A stretch of DNA of 64,000 bases from assembly GCA_032718475.1 (NCBI GenBank), contig JAUCBJ010001578.1:1-64000 (forward strand), given 5' to 3'. Position 1 is the first letter of the stretch. Each line of letters opens with the position of its first letter. Both the position numbers and the translations under genes were made by a program. The notes under the pieces were generated by a model. That model was not told the origin of the DNA, ran no database searches, and saw only the letters and a program-made list of their open reading frames with translations. The stretch is from Nemertoderma westbladi. Lineage: Eukaryota; Animalia; Xenacoelomorpha. This document shows, one piece after another, positions 25,027-38,616 of the stretch.

Positions 25027-27246
25027 CTAGAAAGCCTGTGGCCCTTCGGGCCACAGCTTTCTAGTGCACGTGCAGATGATATATGAATATGTGTGGGAGA
25101 TTTGAGAACTGCATACGGAATATACACCATCATTAAATAAAACACCACCCCCATAAGATATAACTGTCAAGTTTCAACTTTAGGCAGATTGTAAATAACA
25201 AAATTTCCAGAAAATGATCACTTTCAGATCCACCCTCTACCTGCGGACTGGTGAAATGCAGACGACGCTGCAGTTTGGTAAAGATGGGGTTTATGGTGAA
25301 GTAAAATGCCTGCCTTTCAAGTTTCAGCTTAAACAGATTGTAAATAACAAAATTGGTGTAGATGTTCACATTCAGACATTTCACCCTCTAGCGGTAGACT
25401 GAAGAACTGTAGACGACTCTGGGACTCCGTAAAGATACAGAATATGCTGTAGTAGATTCCTGCCAAGTTCCAGCTCAAAGGGATTAAAAAGAACCAATTG
25501 GGATGAGGTGTTCACTAACAGACAATTCGCCCTCTAGCGGCAGATAGGGGAACTGTATACAACTCTGCGACTCAGTAAATGTAGAGCCTATGCTGTAGTA
25601 GATGCCTACCAAGTTTCAGTCTAAACCGTTTGTAAATAACAAAGTTGGAGAAGATGTTAACTTTCAGACATTTCACCCTCTAGCGGTAGACCGGGGAAGT
25701 GTATAGGACTCTGCAACTCCGTAAAGATAGAGCCTATGATGTAGTAGATACCAACCAAGTTTCAGCTCAAAATGATTAAAAAGAACCAAATGGGATGAGG
25801 TTTTCACTATCAGACAATTCGCCCTCTTGCGGCTGACTGTGGAACTGTAGACAACTCTACTACTCCGCAAAGATATAGCCTATGCTATAGTAGATGCCTA
25901 CCAAGTTTCAGTCTAAAAGGATTGTAAATAACAAAGTTGGAGAAGATGTTAACTTTCATACATTTCGCCCTCTAGCGGCAGACGCGGGTACTGTAGACAA
26001 CTCTGCGCGACTCAGTAAAGATATAGCCTATGCTGTAGTAGATGCCTACCAAGTTCAGTCTAAATGGATTATAAATAACAAAGTTGGAGAAGATGTTAAC
26101 TTTCAGACATTTCGCCCTCTAGCGGTAGACCGGGGAATTGTAGACGACTCTGCTACTCAGTAAAGATACAGTCTATGCTGTAGTAGATGCCTACCAAGTT
26201 TCAGTCTAAACGGATTGTAAATAACAAAGTTGGAGAAGATGTTAACTCTCAGACATTTAGCCCTCTAACGGTAGACTGGGGAACTGTAGACAACCCAGTG
26301 ACTCCGGAAATAATACAGCCTATGCTGCAGTATATAGCTACCAAGTTTCAGCTCAAAAGCATTAAAAACAACCCAATGAGATCAGGTTTTCACTATCGGA
26401 CAATTCGCCCTCTAGCGGCAGACGGGGGAACTTCAGACGGCTCTGAGTATTACGTTGCAACGACTTAGGGCGAGACCTATCTAACGAGCTATAGTAAGCG
26501 AGATTTCATCGAGATTATATGTATACTATTAGATAAAATAATAATACAGTAAGTATAGGCCTACAGAAATAATTATTTTCCTTTTAATATTCATAACAGT
26601 AAAACAAAAATGTTATAAACCTCTCCTTCCATGCAGCCAATGATTGAAAAAGCAGAATTACTCTGAGCAATTAGCAATAGACAACCCAAACCCACCCCAA
26701 TCAACACTCCAGCCTGCTTGCTCCTTATCTGTGCCCAGCCAGCTAGCTGCGAGTTCAATAATTACCTTAACGTTGCTATGATACAGAAAACAATCCTTCC
26801 CTATTCAATAGCAATAGGCCAATTCGATCGTGCTTGGCGAATATGACATATTTATACACTATTTGATTTTTAATCAATAAATAATCATACATATTTATAT
26901 TAAACACTCGAATAAAATAAAAACTTTGTGAGAATGGGACACGGCGAATCTACCCATGTTAATTTTATACCAGGTGGGATAAATGTTAGCCCTCTAAATC
27001 ATTAATTACCGATAGAAGAACCGAAATAATTCGATAAATTTCGCCCGAAAATCACGAAAATCGCCCTCTAGCGGCAGACGGGTGAACTTCAGACGACTCT
27101 GAGTATTACGTTGCAACGAGTTAGAGCGAGACCTTTCTAACGAGCTATAGCAAGCGAGATTTCATCGAGATGGGTTCGATTGTATAGCCGATGACAAACA
27201 CACAGACAGACAGACAGACAGACAATCGATATTTATATATATTAGA
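25027..27246 (-). mobile_element. Family-A Helitron, full length (2220 bp)
   Basis: CTAG|TC junctions on both sides. Confidence 0.9.
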
Positions 27247-29470
27247 CTAGAAAGCCTGTGGCCCTTCGGGCCACAGCTTTCTAGTGCACGTGCAGATGAT
27301 ATATGAATATGTGTGGGAGATTTGAGAACTGTATACGGAACAGACACCACATCATTAAATAAAACACCACCCCCATAAGAGATAACTGTCAAGTTTCAAC
27401 TTTAGGCAGATTGTAAATAACAAAATTTCCAGAAAATGATCACTTTCAGATCCACCCTCTACCTGCGTACTGGTGAAATGCAGACGGCGCTGCAGTTTGG
27501 TAAAGATGGGGTTTATGGTGAAGTAAAATGCCTGCCTTTCAAGTTTCAGCTTAAACAGATTGTAAATAACAAAATTGGTGTAGATGTTCACATTCAGACA
27601 TTTCACCCTCTAGCGGTAGACTGAAGAACTGTAGACAACTCTGGGACTCCGTAAAGATACAGAATATGCTGTAGTAGATTCCTGCCAAGTTTCAGCTCAA
27701 AGGGATTAAAAAGAACCAATTGGGATGAGGTGTTCACTATCAGACAATTCGCCCTCTAGCGGCAGATAGGGGAACTGTATACAACTCTGCGACTCCGTAA
27801 AGGTAGAGCCTATGCTGTAGTAGATGCCTACCAAGTTTCAGTCTAAACCGTTTGTAAATAACAAAGTTGGAGAAGATGTTAACTTTCAGACATTTCACCC
27901 TCTAGCGGTAGACTGGGGAAGTGTATAAGACTCTGCAACTCCGTAAAGATAGAGCCTAGGATGTAGTAGATACCTGCCAAGTTTCAGCTCAAAAGGATTA
28001 AAAAGAACCAAATGGGATGAGGTTTTCACTATCAGACAATTCGCCCTCTTGCGGCTGACTGTGGAACTGTAGACGACTCTACTACTCCGCAAAGATATAG
28101 CCTATGCTATAGTAGATGCCTACCAAGTTTCAGTCTAAAAGGATTGTAAATAACAAAGTTGGAGAAGATGTTAACTTTCATACATTTCGCCCTCTAGCGG
28201 CAGACGCGGGTACTGTAGACAACTCTGCGCGACTCAGTAAAGATATAGCCTATGCTGTAGTAGATGTCTACCAAGTTCAGTCTAAATGGATTATAAATAA
28301 CAAAGTTTTGGAGAAGATGTTAACTTTCAGACATTTCGCCCTCTAGCGGTAGACTGGGGAAATGTAGACGACTCTGCGACTCAGTAAAGATACAGCCTAT
28401 GCTGTAGTAGATGCCTACCAAGTTTCAGTCTAAACGGATTGTAAATAACAAAGTTGGAGAAGATGTTAACTCTCAGACATTTAGCCCTCTAACGGTAGAC
28501 TGGGGAACTGTGGACAACTCAGTGACTCCGGAATTATAAAGCCTATGCTGCAGCTGCAGTATATAGCTACCAAGTTTCAGCTCAAAAGCATTAAAAACAA
28601 CCCAATAAGATCAGGTTCTCACTATCGGACAATTCGCCCTCTAGCGGCAGACGGGGGAACTTCAGACGGCTCAGAGTATTACGTTGCAACGAGTTAGGGC
28701 GAGACCTATCTAACGAGCTATAGTAAGCGAGATTTCATCGAGATTAGATGTATAATATTAGATAAAATAATAATACAGTAAGTACAGGCGTAGAGAAATA
28801 ATTATTTTACTTTTAATATTCATAACAGTAAAACAAAAATGTTATAAACCTCTCCTTCCATGCAGCCAATGATTGAGAAAGCAGAATTACTCTGAGCAAT
28901 TCGCAATAGACAACCCAAACCCACCCCAATCAACACTCCAGCCTGCTTGCTCCTTATCTGTGCCCAGCCAGCTAGCTGCGAATTCAATAATTACCTTAAT
29001 TAACGTTGCTATGATACAGAAAACAATCCGTCCCTATTCAATACCAATAGGCCAATTCGATCGTGCTTGGCGAATATGACATATTTATACACTACTTGAT
29101 TTTTAATTAATAAATAATCATACATATTTATATTAAACACTCGAATAAAATAAAAACTTTGTGAGAATGGGACACGGCGAATCTACCCATGTTAATTTTA
29201 TACTAGGTGGGATAAATGTTAGCCCTCTAAATCATTAATTACCGATAGAAGAACGAAATAATTCGATAAATTTCTCCCGAAAATCACGAAAATCGCCCTC
29301 TAGCGGCAGACGGGCGAACTTCAGACGGCTCTGAGTATTACGTTGCAACGAGTTAGGGCGAAACCTTTCTAACGAGCTATAGCAAGCGAGATTTCATCGA
29401 GATGGGTTCGATTGTATAGCCGATGACAAACACACAGACAGACAGACAATCGATATTTATATATATTAGA
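27247..29470 (-). mobile_element. Family-A Helitron, full length
   Basis: Both termini are present. It shares diagnostic variants with 19984-22227. Confidence 0.9.
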
Positions 29471-30111
29471 TAACAGTAAAACAAAAATGTTATAAACCTC
29501 TCCTTCCATGCAGCCAATGATTGAGAAAGCAGAATTACACTTGAGCAGTTCGCAACAGACAACCCAAACCCACCCCAATCAACACTCCAGCCTGGCTTGC
29601 TCCTTATCTGTGCCCAGCTAGCTGCGAGTTCAATAATTACCTTAACGTTGCTATGATACAGAAAACAATCCTTCCCTATTCAATAACTATAAGCCAATTC
29701 GATCCTGCTTGGCGAATATGACATATTTATACACTATTTGATTTTTAATCAATAAATAATCATACATATTTATATTAAACACTCGAATAAAATAAAAACT
29801 TTGTGAGAATGGGACACGGCGAATCTACCCATGTTAATTTTATACCAGGTGGGATAAATGTTAGCCCTCTAAATCATTAATTACCGATAGAAGAGCCGAA
29901 ATAAATCGATAAATTTCGCCCGAAAATCACGAAAATCGCCCTCTAGCGGCAGACGGGCGAACTTGAGACGGCTCTGAGTATTACGTTGCAACGAGTTAGG
30001 GCGAGACCTTTCTAACGAGCTATAGCAAGCGAGATTTCATCGAGATGGGTTCGATTGTATAGCCGATGACAAACACACAGACAGACAGACAATCGATATT
30101 TATATATATTA
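29471..30111 (-). mobile_element. Family-A 5' segment (duplicate of 22228-22890)
   Basis: Same breakpoint and the same private variants (attacacttgagcagttc, agagccgaaataaatc). The terminal TC is missing. Confidence 0.85.
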
Positions 30112-32612
30112 CTAGAAAGCCTGTGGCCCTTCGGGCCACAGCTTTCTAGTGCACGTGCAGATGATATATGAATATGTGTGGGAGATTGGAGAATTGCATA
30201 CGGAACAGACACCATCATTAAATAAAACACCACCCCCATAAGAGATAACTATCAAGTTTCAACTTTAGTCAGTTTATAACAAAATTTCCAGAAAATGATC
30301 ACTTTCAGATCCACCCTCTACCTGCGGACTGGTGAAATGTAGACGGCGCTGCAGTTTGGTAAAGATGGGGTTTATGGTGAAGTAAAATGGCTGCCTTTCA
30401 AGTTTCAGCTTAAACAGATTGTAAATAACAAAATTGGTGTAGATGTTCACATTCAGACATTTCACCCTCTAGCGGTAGACTGAAGAACTGTAGACGACTC
30501 TGGGACTCTGTAAAGATACAGAATATGCTGTAGTAGATTCCTGCTAAGTTTCAGCTCAAAGGGATTAAAAAGAACCAATTGGGATGAGGTGTTCACTATC
30601 AGACAATTCGCCCTCTTGCGGCAGATAGGGGAACTGCATACAACTCTGCGACTCCGTAAAGGTAGAGCCTATGCTGTAGTAGATGCCTACCAAGTTTCAG
30701 TCTAAACCGTTTGTAAATAACAAAGTTGGAGAAGATGTTAACTTTCAGACATTTCACCCTCTAGCGGTAGACTGGGGAAGTGTATAGGACTCTGCCTGCA
30801 ACTCCGTAAAGATAGATCCTAGGATGTAGTAGATACCTGCCAAGTTTCAGCTCAAAAGGTTTAAAAATAACCAAATGGGATGAGGTTTTCACTATCAGAC
30901 AATTCGCCCTCTAGCGGCTGACTGTGGAACTGTAGATGACTCTACTACTCCGCAAAGATATAGCCTATGCTATAGTAGATGCCTACCAAGTTCCAGTATA
31001 AAAGGATTGTAAATAACAAAGTTGGAGAATATGTTAACTTTCATACATTTCGCCCTCTAGCGGCACACGCGGGTACTGTAGACAACTCTGCGCGACTCAG
31101 TAAAGATATAGCCTATGCTGTAGTAGATTCCTACCAAGTTCAGTCTAAACGGATTATAAATAACAAAGTTGGAGAAGATGTTAACTTTCAGACATTTCGC
31201 CCTCTAGCGGTAGACCGGGGAATTGTAGACGACTCTGCTACTCAGTAAAGATACAGCCTATGCTGTAGTAGATGCCTACCAAGTTTCAGTCTAAACGGAT
31301 TGTAAATAACAAAGTTGGAGAAGATGTTAACTCTCAGAGATTTAGCCATCTAACGGTAGACTGGGGAACTGTAGACAACTCAGTGACTGCGGAAATATAC
31401 AGCCTATGTTGCAGTATATAGCTACCAAGTTTCAGCTCAAAAGAATTAAAAATAACAAAGTGGGAGAAGATGTTAACTTTCAGACATTTCGCCCTCTAGC
31501 GGTAGACTGGGGAATTGTAGACGACTCTGCGACTCAGTAAAGATACAGCCTATGCTGTAGTAGATGGCTACCGAGTTTCAGTCTAAACGGATTGTAAATA
31601 ACAAAGTTGGAGAAGATGTTAACTCTCAGACATTTAGCCCTCTAACGGTAGACTGGGGAACTGTAGACAACTCAGTGACTCCGGAAATATACAGCCTATG
31701 CTGCAGTATATAGCTACCGAGTTTCAGCTCAAAAGCATTAAAAACAACCCAATGAGATCAGGTTTTCACTATCGGACAATTCGCCCCCTAGCGGCAGACT
31801 TGGGAACTTCAGACGGCTCTGAGTATTACGTTGTAACGAGTTAGGGCGAGACCTATCTAACGAGCTATAGTAAGCGAGATGTCATCGAGATTAGATGTAT
31901 AATATTAGATAAAATAATAATACAGTAAGTACAGGCCTACAGAAATAATTATTTTACTTTTAATATTCATAACAGTAAAACAAAAATGTTATAAACCTCT
32001 CCTTCCATGCAGCCAATGATTGAGAAAGCAGAATTACTCAGAGCAATTCGCAACAGACAACCCAAACCCACCCCAATCAACACTCCAGCCTGCTTGCTCC
32101 TTATCTGTGCCCAGCCAGCTAGCTGCGAGTTCAATAATTACCTTAACGTTGCTAAGAACAGAAAACAATCCTTCCCTATTCACTACAGCACTAAGAATAG
32201 GCCAATTCGATCGTGCTTGGCGAATATGACATATTTATACACTATTTGATTTTTAATCAATAAATAATCATACATATTTATATTAAACACTCGAATAAAA
32301 TAAAAACTTTGTGAGAATGGGACACGGCGAATCTACCCATGTTAATTTTATACCAGGTGGGATAAATGTTAGCCCTCTAAATCATTAATTACCGATAGAA
32401 GAACCGAAATAATTCGATAAATTTCGCACGAAAATCACGAAAACGCCCTCTAGCGGCAGACGGGTGAACTTCAGACGACTCTGAGTATTACGTTGCAACG
32501 AGTTAGAGCGAGACCTTTCTAACGAGCTATAGCAAGCGAGATTTCATCGAGATGGGTTCGATTGTATAGTCGATGACAAACACACAGACAATCGATATTT
32601 ATATATATTAGA
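30112..32612 (-). mobile_element. Family-A Helitron with two extra 146-bp units
   Basis: Both termini are present. It is ~290 bp longer than the other copies because of internal repeat expansion. Confidence 0.9.
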
Positions 32613-32617
32613 TTAAA

Positions 32618-33848
32618 CTAGAAAGCCAGTGGCCCTTCGGGCCACGGCTTTCTAGTTCACAAGCTTCTTCACCATTCCAAACATTAATTAGTAATTAACT
32701 TAACTTAACAAACGTCACATGAGTGAGTGTTCTCACTAAAAAGGATAGGACTGATGCTGTTTTACTTTTCAGATATCAACTACATACAGTACAACATTGT
32801 ATAAGGCTCAGGTTATACTGTAGTAGATACCTGTCAAGTATCACTTCCAAAGGATTAGAAACAGTAAAAACATGGAAGAAGATTAAACTGTCACACATTT
32901 TGCCCTTAGTGGAAAACTGTAGCTTAATGTAGAACTGCATCCTCGTAAACACAACCTATAGTTTATTTAGTAGGTACTTTTAGATCGCTACCTATAATCA
33001 ACTCTAAAGAATTTAAATGGGAGAAGGATTACACTTTCAAATAATTCGTCCCCTAGTGGCAGATTGGAGAACTGCAGACTGGTCAACGCCTTCCCAAAGG
33101 CGCAGCCGATGATGTACTGTAGTACACTATGTAGACCTCTGTCAAGTATCAGCCTAAAAGCATTTATAATAACGTAATGTGAGAATGTTTTGATACATTC
33201 AGACAATTCGCACCCTAGCCGTAGCCGGTAGACTGGAGAACTGCAGACTGGTTAGCGTCCTTCCCAAACACACAGTCTATGGTGTAGGTGGTATACGTTT
33301 CCCTAGTATAATCAAAAAGTATTAGAAACAACGAAATGGGATTAGGTTTTCACTTTCAGATATTTCGCCCCACCATGTGAAGAATACCACGATTTCACTT
33401 TTCGGTCGACTTTTTATTGGAATTTTAAATATGAAGATTTTTTACTTTTTAAAAGTTATCTTTGTTAAGTGTTTTATAGCGCTTATTACTGTCTTATAAC
33501 CTGTACATATACTAATTCGTTAATTGTTTTGATTAGATTCAGCCCTTCTGTAACCTGTGTTTTTGTTGAAAAGCCTGGTATACTTCAAATGGGGGTAACT
33601 GCAAAGTGAAATATAACGGCAGGACGTCTGGTATTCTTCATTTGGGCCTTTCGCCCCCTAGTGGCAGACTGGGGAATTGTAAACTGGTAAAAGCCCATCA
33701 AACTCGCAGTCTATGATGTAGTAGAGCTGTAGTTTTCACTTTCAGACATTTCTCCCCCAAGCGGCAGACTGAGAAATTGCAGATTGGTCAGCAGTGTCCT
33801 CTCATACACGCAGTTTATGGTCAGGTACATATCAGCAAAAGTGTCAAG
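32618..33848 (-). mobile_element. Family-B Helitron 3' end with no nearby 5' end
   Basis: CTAG and hairpin, B-type body and degenerate 147-bp repeats, then unique sequence. The right boundary is approximate. Confidence 0.75.
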
Positions 33849-34185
33849 TAGGACGTAATGTTGGTGGAGTTGGATGAAACTTTGATGATAGGTTCGTTAT
33901 CGGACCTACAGTAGTTGTGTATGCAAGGTTTTGGTTGCGAGGTACCTGTTGGTTGCCTAGCAACAGTGAAATAAATTCTAGAATGACCGATCATAATCGT
34001 AGACTCAATCAAAATTCTGACGACACCCCATAGGGAGCATATATTGAACATAACATGCTTTCTGCAAAATTTCGCTTTATTTCGTTTAGAATTGTAGGCC
34101 TATAGAAGATACATTTCCTACAAAGAGTGTTTTTTTAACTTACTGTACAATATAGTATATATATACAATTGTATTGTATTGTATA

Positions 34186-34428
34186 TGTATATATTGTATT
34201 GTATACTGAACCTATATATTGTATTGTATACTGAACGTATATATTGTATTGTATACTGAACGTATATATTGTATTGTATACTGAACGTATATATTGTATT
34301 GTATACTGAACGTATATATTGTATTGTATACTGAACGTATATATTGTATTGTATACTGAACGTATATATTGTATTGTATACTGAACGTATATATTGTATT
34401 GTATACTGAACGTATATATTGTATTGTA
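34186..34428. repeat. 25-bp minisatellite (atattgtattgtatactgaacgtat)n
   Basis: Near-perfect 25-bp period, about 9-10 copies. Confidence 0.95.
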
Positions 34429-35410
34429 CAAACGTTACTTTGCTCAATGTTTCGTTTTTCGATATTAGGATGCTGCCCTGCATAGGTGCATAATGTATTA
34501 CAAAAATATTGATAGCAATGGATTCGTCTATTTTTATTTCCAGCTCTCGTCGGCAAGCTTGTTTTATTGCATGTCAGCAAACCACCACCCACCACACCTA
34601 TCGGTCACAATGATAGGTAATCTATCAGCCCATATCCATAGCAGCCATACATAACATCTAAGGTCACGTGCATCTATGAGTTATGAGACAGGTTTATGAT
34701 TCATGAACAGGGTTAAGGGAATTATACCAATTATAAACAATAAACATTCAGACATTCACCCCTGGATATTATCCTATACTTAATGCAAGCAGATATGGTG
34801 GAGTCGTATTGATTAAAGAACCTGATTGGTTATTAGGGTGGTTATTTACATTGGTCTGGCCTGTATCTCTATATGGGTATGTATATATATAATTCCTTTA
34901 CCGTAGCTACAGTTGTGTAGGCTTAGCAGCATAGTTGTTATTTTATTTTGTGTTATCGAGTTTATCTGCAATATCCATTTATTTTATATTTATTTGTTTT
35001 GGTCGAAGACATGGGGGAAGAACTTCCCGATATGAGTTTGGGACCATTAGTAAATGCAGCTATTGGAAGTTTCTTGTCAGGTATGTTAATAGATTATTGT
35101 TTAACACAGCAGATGTAGCCTTCACTTTGGTCCTTAAATATAATAATATCCACCAGATTGACTCATACCAGCATACAGTAGGCCTAGGCAATAAATAATT
35201 GTAATAGACATAGCCTACTTTACTGACTTATGTTGAGGCACATAGAGTAGGCTTTCATCAGTAAATTCAGTGCAATATATAGTCCAACGGGCGTTTAATT
35301 GGGTTATCAGTAAACGGGCGTTCAGTTTAAAATGTTGATTCTAATAACTACAGTATAATAACGTAGTATTCGCGTTTTTTTTAAGATTATGTATAGCACA
35401 TTAGCACATA

Positions 35411-36681
35411 CACGAAGTGGGGCCTTCGCGCAGCACGTGAAATGAGTTAATGCTAAGTATCAACTCGAAAGGATTATAAAAACATAGGAGAAGATTTTCC
35501 CGGAAAACGTTAACCCTCTAGCGGGAGACTGGGTAACTGAAGAAGGAAGGATTAGTTTCCCTACAAAGCCACAGCCTATGGTCTATTACATATCTACCAA
35601 GTTTCCGATTGACGGATCATAAATAACGAAATGTTGGAAGGTTTTCACTTTCATACATTTAGCCCTCTAGCGGCATATTAAAGAACTACGGATCGATCAC
35701 CTTCCTCACAAAGACGAGGCATGTGGTCTAGTACATACCGGTACTGTATATTCCAAAATTCAGCTTAAATAGATTAAGATCAAGGAATTCGCGAAGGTTA
35801 TCACTTTCCTACATTTCGCCCTCTAGCGGCAGACTCGAAAACTCCGGACCGATTACTGTCCACACAAAGACTTAGGATGTCTTCTAGTACATATATGACA
35901 AGTTACAGCGTAATCAGATCATAAACAACTAAATGGAAGAATAATTTCACATTCGGGACATTTCGCCCTCTAGCGGCAGACTGGAGAACTGCAGACAGAT
36001 TAGCCTCCTTTGAAATTTACAGCTAATGGTCTAGTACATACTTCCCAAGTTTCAGCTTAAACGGATTAAAAGCAAAGAAATGGGTGGCCATTTAATGTTT
36101 AGACATGTGGCCCTCTAGCGGGAGACTGGAAAACTTCGGACCGATTACAATCCACACAAAGACTCAGGATGTCATCTAGTACATATATGACAAGTTTCAG
36201 CGTAATCAGATCATAAACAACTAAATGGAAGAATAATTTCACATTCGGGACATTTCGCCCTCTAGCGGCAGACTGGAGAACTGCAGACAGATTAGCCTCC
36301 TTTGAAATTTACAGCTAATGGTCTAGTACATACTTCCCAAGTTTCAGCTTAAACGGATTAAAAGCAAAGAAATGGGTGGCCATTTAATGTTTAGACATGT
36401 GGCCCTCTAGCGGGAGACCATTGCACTGATGGTGTCTGAAAGTCTCTCAAAAATCTCAACTTTTGCTCATATTGATACCTACAAATTTTCAACTTGGCAG
36501 CTTTAAATCCGACAAAGTTATTAGCATGTCAAAATCGTAACGACGACGACAACGACGACGACGACAACGACGACGACGACAACGACGACGACGACGACGA
36601 CGACAACTATTTGCATAAATTGACCCACCCCCTAACAGTGTCAATTCGCTAAGGCTCCGCCAACTTCGTGGCTCGCCCCAC
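35411..36681 (-). mobile_element. HINE/Helentron-like non-autonomous element, family C
   Basis: Reverse complement of 52696-54243. Ends GTGGGGC...GCCCCACTTCGTG, (GTC)n microsatellite near one end, 145/147-bp internal repeats, flanked T|T with no TSD. Confidence 0.85.
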
Positions 36682-36999
36682 ACTTACTTAAGGTTAGCAC
36701 AAGTGTAGTGATGTGTCGCACATAGAGTAGCCACGCGCATCACAAACAGGTACAGAATTTAATGTTCAAACTCTGAAGCTGGTGATATAAGATGCAATGC
36801 TTCAAACTGCCGTAGCTACGCGAATGTCTGAAAGATTTACCCAAAACGTACCCGAAAGTTACTGTACATTAATGACAAAACCAAAACATAAATATGTATG
36901 AAATAAGGTAAACAGCGATTTATACTGTTTTTAATGAGGTTTCTTATATTTACATATATTTTGATAAACTATTTCATTGTCTGTTTATTTATATTATAG

Positions 37000-37950
37000 G
37001 CCCCATAGTTGCCTACGTGGACCACGTAGAAGACGACGTGGCTGTGGTCACAAGAGATAATGTGGTGAAAGAAGTCCCCATCAGGGTATACACCTTACGA
37101 GATGGGGTCAACGAATGTTCATTGACAGTCTGGGAACCGTCCAAGTTCCCAGAGAGTAAACTAAATCTGCCGAAAGGCAGTGTAGTAGAAATTAGAAATC
37201 TAAAAGTGCGGCACTATCAAGGCCTGAATACCTTGTACAGCACCGCCCGGACCACAGGGAAGGTAAGTTGTATATTATTACATTAGTTAAGGATATATTA
37301 GTTACTGTATTACTATACTTCAGCAGTGTGAAACAAAGTGAGAATGTTACAAAGTTATCCTAAATCCGTCTCATACTTACACCGCCACATAATGTAGATA
37401 ACTAAACTGTATTAAAAATTTAATTTCCTGTGGGAATTCAATTTTTTCTCCACAATTTTAATAACTGATGGAGAAGTTCATTTTCTGTCGATCTAATTCA
37501 TATTTAGGATATATACTCAATCGGCCTTTATTTATGTATTTAATTATGTTCTGTTATATTGTGAATCGCGCTTTGAACAATATATATTATTATTCCCGAT
37601 CCCTAAAACCTGTTTATCCCGAGAAGTCTGATCACTTTTAAACACTCCGCTGATTGTTATTAATATTATTTCAAAAAATTTATGTTTTAATATAGGAGGT
37701 AATAGCTACCACCACGGTGGTATCGGGGGTCCCTCTCCCCTACGAAGAGGAGATAATGGCAACCCCACCGCCACCTGCAACCCCACCACCACCGGCATCC
37801 CCATCCTATTTGGGTACCTCCTCCCCATTTATACCGAGAGGATCGGGATCGGGATCTTCTCCCGCCCAAACGCCCCCACTAAAAAGGCTAATCGATAGCC
37901 AGGTTGGTGCGTGGGGGGCCGCGTTGGAGACCATGGACGATGCTGGGGAG
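37000..37950 (+). CDS. Spliced OB-fold (RPA/SSB-like) protein, partial: exons 37000-37262 and 37696-~37950
   Basis: Splice sites tatag|...AAG|gtaagt and tatag|GAG are in phase. The peptide IRVYTLRDGVNECSLTVWE...LPKGSVVEIRNLKVRHYQGLNTL fits the OB-fold pattern (L.D....lTvW...G.V..I.N..V..Y.G). The second exon is Pro/Ser-rich. Confidence 0.6.
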
Positions 37951-38616
37951 GTTAGATTCGCAATACACATACAACGCCAGCGATACTCCGGTGTTTCTTT
38001 GGCGTATTACTACATGCGGTAAGACTTTACACCAGTCAACACTTTAGTTATTATGCGCTGCTGCTATTAAGCTTCTATTTTAGTTTTTATGGAAAAATAA
38101 TTCATATGACTGTAAAAATAACTCAAACAGTAAGACTTTTATGTTATACTGTTAAATTTATATTGATAATGTGTACAGTATATATAATATGTAAAGTACC
38201 GGTATGTGTAGCAAAGGGAGAATACCAATTCTATAAAATAACTGCAATGCAGCTATTTCTTATTTCTGGATTTATGATTATCCTTAATTAATTTGTTATT
38301 AATTATTATTATCAAGTAAGTGATCATTTTGTACAATTTCCTCTACCATACCTCATTATAATCGCGCTACAAATCGCTTACAGTATCTCTTTAAAAGCGT
38401 TAGAAAGTTGTATTATTATATCACGTTGTCTCTCTAACAAGAATAAATAATTAAAATATAATGAAATGTTGAGTCTTATCGACCGAGGCAGATTCACTGA
38501 TACTGTATGTATGTAAGTACAGTATGTAATTCATTGATGGCAAAAATATAATATTATAATTCCCACTTTGATAAAAAAATAATATGCGAGATTATCAGCA
38601 AAAGTTACAAAAGTTA

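Noticed and set aside
2129-32660. Recurrent ~40-bp palindrome resembling a CRISPR repeat or terminator
   Set aside because: Intervals are kilobases of mutually homologous sequence, there are no unique short spacers or cas genes, and the context is eukaryotic. It is the Helitron 3' hairpin.
2236-33206. Many recurring 60-95 aa ORFs (MPTKFQSK..., MKCLNVNI..., LSVCLSVC...)
   Set aside because: They are chance frames in 146-bp repeats and microsatellites. Stops and indels vary freely between copies.
34118-34595. Three overlapping repetitive ORFs (YNTIYTFSIQ...)
   Set aside because: Translations of a 25-bp minisatellite.
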